Origin: a virus | IMG/VR virus record: IMGVR_UViG_3300037095_000059 | Direction: 5' to 3' (one strand) | DNA length: 64,000 bases | Translations under genes and position numbers: made by a program | Notes under the pieces: generated by a model | Told to the model about the DNA's origin: nothing | The model's input: the letters and a program-made list of their open reading frames with translations, nothing else | Databases searched by the model: none | In this document: in pieces, positions 58,143-64,000 of the stretch | Numbering within the stretch: the stretch's first letter is position 1 | Layout: the number at the start of each line of letters is the position of its first letter

Positions 58143-58645
58143 TAATTTACTGCAATAATGCTGAAAGTCCCCCCGGCGGTTGCGGGGTGTGTCACGGTAA
58201 TCTGCCCGTTGTTGGACTTCCCCGAAATATATACACCCGTCATGGCAGCGGCTGTCGCGTTGGTCGGGGTGAGCGTTACCGAACTGTTGGAAGTCACCCC
58301 CACGATTGTGACTATGTCCGAAGTTGAAGCTGTAGTAGTTAGCGTGCCAGTTAAAGACTTAGCCGGAGCGAGTGCCGGGGCTAACGTCGGAACAACAGCA
58401 GCGGGACTAGCAGTTAAAGCAGCGGCGGGGGTAAGCCTGTACTGCGGAATTTGCCCTCCGGTCTGATATTGACGAAGGCCATCAGGCGTTGAAGCCGTGG
58501 GCATGATCGGCAAGGGGCAGCGCAGAATCGGGCTCACTCCCGAGGTGGGCAAAGGAGGATGTGGTAGACTCCGGGGGGGAATTGGTCCTGCCCCCACAGC
58601 ACCGGAGCGTGGTTCGGAATCGAGTCTGGAGGCTATGCTTGGCAT
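58142..58645 (-). CDS. Thr/Ala/Pro-rich virion-module protein
   Basis: TAATG junction with the upstream 1,018-aa gene. An alternative internal start is at 58504. Confidence 0.5.
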   Translation of the reverse strand: MPSIASRLDSEPRSGAVGAGPIPPRSLPHPPLPTSGVSPILRCPLPIMPTASTPDGLRQYQTGGQIPQYRLTPAAALTASPAAVVPTLAPALAPAKSLTGTLTTTASTSDIVTIVGVTSNSSVTLTPTNATAAAMTGVYISGKSNNGQITVTHPATAGGTFSIIAVN

Positions 58646-61600
58646 TACAATTCCTGTTCCCAGTCCCCGAACAAGGACAAGCTAAGTAGCTCATTCTTAA
58701 CCACATCAGACCCAAAATTGACTTGTACCTGAAGGTGACGGCAGAGCGCGGGTTCTTCAGTTTGAGACAGCCAGAATCTTTGTGCTTCTACCGAGAGACT
58801 GGGAGACAACTGCGGGGGGTCTGTTGTGTAGACCGTCAGGGGTTCGAAATACCCGGAGGACACAGGAGCTATCTCGTCCAACTGTACAGCCAGAGTAAGG
58901 GGGGTTCCGACCTTGACCGAGTCCGTGGTGAAAAATGCGGTGTGTGCAGTTTGGCCGGGCTGTGCCAAAACCAAACTGCCCAATATGGCCCAGGCCGGGT
59001 AAGGAGCCCCGTCGTCCTCGTAAACAGCGGAATCCCGCTTCAGAATGGGTCCGCCTGCGGCTGGGGGGCCTATCAGAAGGGCATGAACCCCAGAAGAAGT
59101 CTCGACGGACTGCACCGCCGAAAAACCGGAAACGATTTGAGCTTTAGGGCTCCACACAGTTCCGGTCTCGGGCGAGGGGGTGGGACACATCCTCCACCAC
59201 GTATCGGCATAATCGGAGACGTACAGACCTTTGTCCGCCGACCCCGAAACGTGCCAAGTCAACTGAGTTTGCAGAGCGGTAAAGGTTGAGGTCGGGAACT
59301 GATCTCCAATTGGAAAGCCGATTTCGGACAGACCCGAACTGGGGTCCAGGGTTAAAATCTGATTGTCCGAGGAATACAGGAACACGATGCTTCCGTTGAC
59401 GGCAAAAGCGTCGTAGGAAGACAGCCCGATCCCGGTCATAAATGGAGTAGAGAAAAAGGAGCTAGACGAAGTCCCAAGCCCCTGAATGAGGTAGATGTCT
59501 GCTGTTGTGAAGACATACAAACCACTCGTGGTGGGGAACATCCGAATTACTGTGTCGGGGAAGACAAAGACATTGGCCGGAGGCCAAGCTTCATTTCCGC
59601 TCCCAACCAAAGCATCAGGACCGGCGGAGAAATAAACAGAGGTATTGACCGCGCCCCAGATTCTTCCCAAGTGATAAACCAAGGCGGATATTCCAACAGG
59701 CGGAGGGTCGTTCGAGTTGTCTACCGGAGCTTCAATAAGTTCGTCTAGGTTCGTGTCCGCTGTTGTGTCCGTGTAAATCCAGGTTTTTCCCCCGCCGGGG
59801 TTTGGAATTTCATCCAAGTAAAAGAGAGTGGAACCCCCTTGAACTGTGCGCCAAATGTAGATTTCATTAACCTGCGGGTCGGCTGATCCTAAACCCTGCA
59901 CCACGGCGAGGTTTCCAGCAGATACAACTATCGGAGCACTTTGAGGATCAGAAGTGCTGACTGTGTCCGTCAAAGTGTTGACGTAGCTGAAGGCATATAT
60001 CCACGCGCCCGTGTTGGCGGCTGTATACGGTCCGGTGTTTAGCCAAGTTTGCGTGTTATCATAAGTATAAGCTCCTGTGGTTGTGCTCCATCCTCCGGTA
60101 GGAACTGCCCCCGCTCCAGTTTCTCCGAACGCTTGTACTTGCTGTAAATTTCCGTTGGAGTCAAGAATCTGTGTAGCCAAACTTAGATTTTGACTAGCTC
60201 CCGGCCAGGTGGAAGAGGAAGCTCCCCGGTTAGTCCAGGACACCCCCGTGGTCTCGGTTACGGTTGTGCCGAGCCCATTAGTCCACTGCGGAGCCGAAGT
60301 CCCAGTTGTTCCCGCAACAGTGCATTGGAAAACACCCTCGGCGCTAACAAGCTGTTGGACATTGACTGTGGTGTAGGAGTAGTGGCCCGGGATCGACCCA
60401 TTAGCCGGAATCCATGTTGTTACAGTTTGCGGGACAGTGATGTAATAAAAGATGAGAGCTTCTATTACGTCCCCAACTGTGTAGGGAGTTGCGGCGACCC
60501 AAGCGGGGGTGCCAAGGCAAGTCCATTGTGCTGGGGTGGCTGGGGACCCGTGGTTGTCAATAGTAACGTGTCCTGTGTGTGTGTCCCAAGTAGGAGCCGA
60601 AGTCCCAGTTGTTCCGGCAGAAGTTAGCTGAAACAGATAGAGATTGCTCCCGACCGTGACTTCAATAACGAACGACGGAGCGTACCATGTGTTCTGTGCC
60701 CAGGATGAAGACAACGGAGCGGGAGCCTGTGTTACGAGAGGCGCGGAAACCGGAGTTGCTATTCCCCAATTCTCGGTCTGAAGCCCCGCGTTTTCCCACT
60801 GAGCCCCGCCATCTTGTGTTATTGCTCCAAACGTAGTGGCCCAGGTGGGTTGAGATGGTCCGGCTCCGCTCACTCCTGTTCCTGTGGTGGCGGTTCCGGT
60901 TTCTGCACGAGTACTTTGCGTCAGGGCGGAAGCGAATTGGACCTGTTGTCCGTTCACAACAGAAGTAACAGTTTGAGTAGTGCCGTTGAGAGCGGGAACC
61001 GAGGTTAGCCCGGTCAAATATAGCTTTGTACCAACAGGAATGGACAACTGAGTCGAAGGATCGAAAAACAGCGTGGCCGTGCCCGACCCAATCGAAATGT
61101 TGGTGATGGTCGCTGTCTGGCTGCCAATAACAACTTGTAGGTATCCGTTCGAGTCTACAATGAAGTTGCCTTGGTCATAGGAAGTCGAAGCCGTCCAGGA
61201 CAGCAGGCTTCCGACAATCTTTTGCACATCCACGCCGTCCGAAAAATACAGCGTGTTGCCCACACTCAGGAACGAGGATTTTCCAGCCCCCGCAGATTTA
61301 GTAAAGACCGGAGTTGGGCTCGCGTTTCCCGAGCCTGCGGGCGGAACATCGTAGACAGCATTCGCCGTATCCGCCAGAACTTTTATCTTCTCGGTATTGG
61401 AATTGAATAAGTGCCAGGAGTACCAGCGGTCAACGGCGGGGAAGGTGTCGGGAGTTCCTGTCTGATAGGGAGACGATCCTGGGCGACGGACAAGAGTTAG
61501 CTTGGTGCTGATCTCGGTGTTTAGGCCGTCGATCAGACATTCGGTTCTCTCGCCATAGAACTCAGCCTCAATATGCGCGGCGTTAGAACGAAGTGGGTTT

Positions 61601-61701
61601 CTTTGAGTTACGATACCGTCATAGAAGGAGTTGTTCCAGAGAACTCCGAACTTCGGCGGGCGGCTAGGCTGTGATCCCTTTTTCGCTAACTCGTTTGGCA
61701 C
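58645..61701 (-). CDS. large tail / host-recognition structural protein (1,018 aa)
   Basis: GTG start. Thr/Gly/Ser/Trp-rich, beta-rich sequence typical of tail or baseplate proteins. No motif copy inside. Confidence 0.7.
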   Translation of the reverse strand: MPNELAKKGSQPSRPPKFGVLWNNSFYDGIVTQRNPLRSNAAHIEAEFYGERTECLIDGLNTEISTKLTLVRRPGSSPYQTGTPDTFPAVDRWYSWHLFNSNTEKIKVLADTANAVYDVPPAGSGNASPTPVFTKSAGAGKSSFLSVGNTLYFSDGVDVQKIVGSLLSWTASTSYDQGNFIVDSNGYLQVVIGSQTATITNISIGSGTATLFFDPSTQLSIPVGTKLYLTGLTSVPALNGTTQTVTSVVNGQQVQFASALTQSTRAETGTATTGTGVSGAGPSQPTWATTFGAITQDGGAQWENAGLQTENWGIATPVSAPLVTQAPAPLSSSWAQNTWYAPSFVIEVTVGSNLYLFQLTSAGTTGTSAPTWDTHTGHVTIDNHGSPATPAQWTCLGTPAWVAATPYTVGDVIEALIFYYITVPQTVTTWIPANGSIPGHYSYTTVNVQQLVSAEGVFQCTVAGTTGTSAPQWTNGLGTTVTETTGVSWTNRGASSSTWPGASQNLSLATQILDSNGNLQQVQAFGETGAGAVPTGGWSTTTGAYTYDNTQTWLNTGPYTAANTGAWIYAFSYVNTLTDTVSTSDPQSAPIVVSAGNLAVVQGLGSADPQVNEIYIWRTVQGGSTLFYLDEIPNPGGGKTWIYTDTTADTNLDELIEAPVDNSNDPPPVGISALVYHLGRIWGAVNTSVYFSAGPDALVGSGNEAWPPANVFVFPDTVIRMFPTTSGLYVFTTADIYLIQGLGTSSSSFFSTPFMTGIGLSSYDAFAVNGSIVFLYSSDNQILTLDPSSGLSEIGFPIGDQFPTSTFTALQTQLTWHVSGSADKGLYVSDYADTWWRMCPTPSPETGTVWSPKAQIVSGFSAVQSVETSSGVHALLIGPPAAGGPILKRDSAVYEDDGAPYPAWAILGSLVLAQPGQTAHTAFFTTDSVKVGTPLTLAVQLDEIAPVSSGYFEPLTVYTTDPPQLSPSLSVEAQRFWLSQTEEPALCRHLQVQVNFGSDVVKNELLSLSLFGDWEQEL

Positions 61702-61717
61702 TAGAAGTCTCCGAAAA

Positions 61718-61732
61718 GTCCATTATCTGGAC
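61718..61732 (-). repeat. dispersed motif, exact (forward relative to - strand genes)
   Basis: gtccattatctggac. It is intergenic, 17 nt upstream of the - strand GTG start at 61701. Confidence 0.9.
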
Positions 61733-61741
61733 AGAAAAGTG

Positions 61742-61771
61742 TTGACAAAACTTGGGCGGGTGTGGTACAGT
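61742..61771 (+). promoter_or_regulatory. antisense sigma70-type promoter with extended -10
   Basis: TTGACA, 18 nt, TGTGGTACAGT on the + strand in the gap between two - strand structural genes. It points into the 3' end of CDS 61800..62894. Confidence 0.5.
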
Positions 61772-61799
61772 AATCTTGGAGGACTTATCTTGAGAAGTA

Positions 61800-62894
61800 T
61801 CAGAAACCTACGCCCGGACAAGGTCCATAAGGCCAAGCCGCCCCAATGTTTTGAGGAGCGTTCATCGCCCCATAGCCGCCGCCCATCAGGCTCTGCTCCG
61901 GTGTGAATCTGAAATCTTCTTGTTGACGATCTGCGGCGCGGAGGGCTTTTTGAAGAGTTTCGAGCCATTCGCCGTACATCTGCATTCCTTGTTGTAGATT
62001 GTTTTCTCTATAGAGGGCCGCCCGAACTCCAGCACGAAACAAATAAGACAGCTCAGCGGGAAGCGGCCAGATTGTCTGCTGCAAGGTATATAGTACGGGA
62101 GGCCGTACCTGGTATTGTACAACTGCCCACCACTCCAGCCCATTCAACGCGGGAACGGGGCTCATTCTCAAGCACATCCCCAACGGATCGGCGACGGTCC
62201 ACACAACCGTCCCATCCTGAATCATGGTCCCGGGCGTTGCGTTTGGGGGAGCGAAGGGTTGTGTGCTTCCCGAAATTCCATAGGGATAAAATCCGGGTGG
62301 GGTTAGGGTAGTTCCTGTGTAGCCGGGGGACTCGATGTTCAGCCCCAGATTGGTGGAGTCGATGTACAGGATGTTCCCGTTTATGTCCATGAATTGCTGA
62401 ATGGGCGACCGGGGAAGTTGAGCCTGGCCATACCCGCAGCTATACGCAGTATTAGCCTGCCACAAGCCGAGAGAAGCAAGAGAATTGGGAATGAAGGAGA
62501 TATTGAAGGGAACCGTCTGCGCGGCTGTCCAAGTCAAATCCCGGACAGTCTCCATCTCACGAATTGGCTTCGGCGCTCCGTTGTTGTTGGATGTGGAGTT
62601 GTTGATGTCCACGACCCAAGCGTTTTCCAGCCAGCCTATGTCGGTAACTTGCGTGCAATAGTCCTGCTGTAAGCTCACGGTCAGAAATGGGGGAATGATT
62701 TTCCGGTTCCACTTCCAAGGCATGTTTTCTGCCAGAATCCGCGAAAGCACTTCATTGCAAATGGAAAGGAAAGGTTCTGTGGTGTAACCAGGAGCGCCGC
62801 CCAAGACGCTATAGAAATCCGGATTCGCCTTCATCTGCATAACGATGGTTTGCAACGTCGGGCTTGTGCTCTGGCTTCCTGACAATACTGTCAT
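61800..62894 (-). CDS. virion structural protein (364 aa)
   Basis: ORF-track ORF. GGAGA SD with the motif just upstream. No function assigned. Confidence 0.7.
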   Translation of the reverse strand: MTVLSGSQSTSPTLQTIVMQMKANPDFYSVLGGAPGYTTEPFLSICNEVLSRILAENMPWKWNRKIIPPFLTVSLQQDYCTQVTDIGWLENAWVVDINNSTSNNNGAPKPIREMETVRDLTWTAAQTVPFNISFIPNSLASLGLWQANTAYSCGYGQAQLPRSPIQQFMDINGNILYIDSTNLGLNIESPGYTGTTLTPPGFYPYGISGSTQPFAPPNATPGTMIQDGTVVWTVADPLGMCLRMSPVPALNGLEWWAVVQYQVRPPVLYTLQQTIWPLPAELSYLFRAGVRAALYRENNLQQGMQMYGEWLETLQKALRAADRQQEDFRFTPEQSLMGGGYGAMNAPQNIGAAWPYGPCPGVGF

Positions 62895-62903
62895 ACTATC
62901 TCC

Positions 62904-62918
62904 GTCCGGTTAATGGAC
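62904..62918 (+). repeat. dispersed motif, exact
   Basis: gtccggttaatggac. It is intergenic. On the - strand it directly precedes the GGAGA SD of CDS 61800..62894. Confidence 0.9.
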
Positions 62919-62988
62919 TTTTTGTGTCTGTGTTCGGATCGTTTCCGATTACTGGATATGCAGCGCGTCCGTGTTCTGATTTCATGCC

Positions 62989-63885
62989 CTAGTTTCCGTC
63001 GCAGTGATAGAACAGGTTGCCGGTCAGTGCCGGAAAAGTGAATGTCACCGCTGTCTTGCTTTGGGTGCTGTTATAGACGTTGGTTGCCAGCGTTGTACTG
63101 GAATTGGCCGTGCAGAACGCTGCGTTCGTCCAGCCTGAGTTGGCAAAGGTGATGGTGACACTCGTTGCCGCGCTCAGGCCGGTGATCTTGCCACCTGCAT
63201 TGGTGGAGTAGGCTGCGATAGTTCCCGCTGAGGTTATGGGCGCTGTTGCTGTGATGTGCTGAGTGCCATTCAGCCATGTTCCCAGCGTTGTTGTGTTGCC
63301 CAGCGTTGTTGTGTTGCTGCCCTCCCCAACTGCTCCGTTGCCAATCACATTTTCATTCGTGTCGCCGCTGGCATTTGCCTCCGTGTTAACGCCCAAATAG
63401 ACGCTGTTTGAAGAGGTTGTGTTGGCTGTCGAACCGTCGCTGATAAATTGACCAGCGCTGTACCCCTGCGCGGTGTTGTTGTTGCCGGTGGTGTTGGAGA
63501 TGAGGGCCAGATACCCATTCGCGGTGTTGTCGGCGCCGGTGCCAGTCAGGTTTCCCGCTCCCCCAGAGTAGTAGTTATTGAGTGATGTCTGCGCCTGTAG
63601 GGCCGGAACCCCATTTAACAAAACACCGTTTGATCCTATGGTCGTAGGTGTTATAGTGCCAGCCGCGACGGTGCCTGGAAATGTGCTGACCTGCGAACTT
63701 GTGCCAAGCGTGCCAGTCTGTGTTACGCCGGTGATGTTCAGGTTTGCCCCCGCTGCTGTGGTTGCGCCTGTGCCGCCCGACGCCGGAAGCAATGGCGATC
63801 CAAGCGTCTCACTGCCAGCGGCCAAATTTCTGGAGACTAGCACGTCGCCTGTGGTATTAAGGGCTGGAGGTGTAAAAGACACCAC
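62989..63885 (-). CDS. tail-fibre-like protein (Thr/Asn/Gly/Ser-rich)
   Basis: ORF-track ORF. Repetitive T/N/G-rich beta-type sequence, with an 18-nt tandem duplication (NTTTLG x2) at about 63281-63317. Confidence 0.6.
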   Translation of the reverse strand: MVSFTPPALNTTGDVLVSRNLAAGSETLGSPLLPASGGTGATTAAGANLNITGVTQTGTLGTSSQVSTFPGTVAAGTITPTTIGSNGVLLNGVPALQAQTSLNNYYSGGAGNLTGTGADNTANGYLALISNTTGNNNTAQGYSAGQFISDGSTANTTSSNSVYLGVNTEANASGDTNENVIGNGAVGEGSNTTTLGNTTTLGTWLNGTQHITATAPITSAGTIAAYSTNAGGKITGLSAATSVTITFANSGWTNAAFCTANSSTTLATNVYNSTQSKTAVTFTFPALTGNLFYHCDGN

Positions 63886-64000
63886 AGATTGTCCAATATC
63901 GCTGGATGATGGTAGTGCGTTAGAGTTTGGACATACACTCGCTCCACTAGCCGAATTCTGCGGAAGCTGGTGTGCCGTATCAGTTTTAAGGACATCCCAA

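Noticed and set aside
5313-62918. The 15-bp motif acting as an RNA hairpin or intrinsic terminator
   Set aside because: Only the 4-bp GUCC/GGAC stem can pair. Flanking bases do not extend it, no U-tract follows, and genes continue immediately downstream.

Overview
The window looks like about 64 kb of a temperate tailed-phage or prophage genome. It has two convergent arms that meet at a bidirectional terminator near 44.15 kb.

Left arm (1-44,050, + strand): roughly 100 tightly packed, often translationally coupled early and replication genes. Recognisable products are:
- a PP-loop ATPase, a pentapeptide-repeat protein and a tyrosine integrase
- a family-A DNA polymerase, a clamp-loader-like ATPase, a clamp-like protein, SSB and a gp4-like primase-helicase
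- RecT and a Cas4/RecB-like nuclease
- a UvrD-like helicase split in two by an HNH cassette
- two tandem metallophosphoesterases, an ECF-like sigma factor and endonuclease VII
- HAD-like, DUF5664-like and DUF1643-like proteins
- at least five free-standing homing-type nucleases (one GIY-YIG, four HNH)

Right arm (44,191-63,885, - strand): virion and ejection-type genes, including a 3,043-aa giant ORF, a 1,018-aa protein and a fibre-like protein. Capsid, portal and terminase genes are not recognisable in the window.

The most striking signal is not a gene. It is a 15-bp motif, GTCCRRNTAATGGAC.
- I counted at least 36 exact and 10 one-mismatch copies by eye, in both orientations. The chance expectation is about 0.002.
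- Copies sit at gene junctions, where the motif supplies the TAA stop, the ATG start, or abuts a TAG stop. They lie 1-3 nt upstream of Shine-Dalgarno sites and next to TGTGGTATAAT-type promoters.
- Copies also lie inside ORFs in all reading frames.
- This resembles a stoperator-like, genome-wide regulatory network, but no binding protein is identified.

Other notable items:
- three long tandem arrays (15/30-nt, 6-nt and 12-nt units)
- a promoter-driven, ORF-free, highly structured 190-nt RNA region
- duplicated translation-initiation cassettes
- an antisense consensus promoter inside the late module

All functional calls come from motif recognition by eye. No database search was run.
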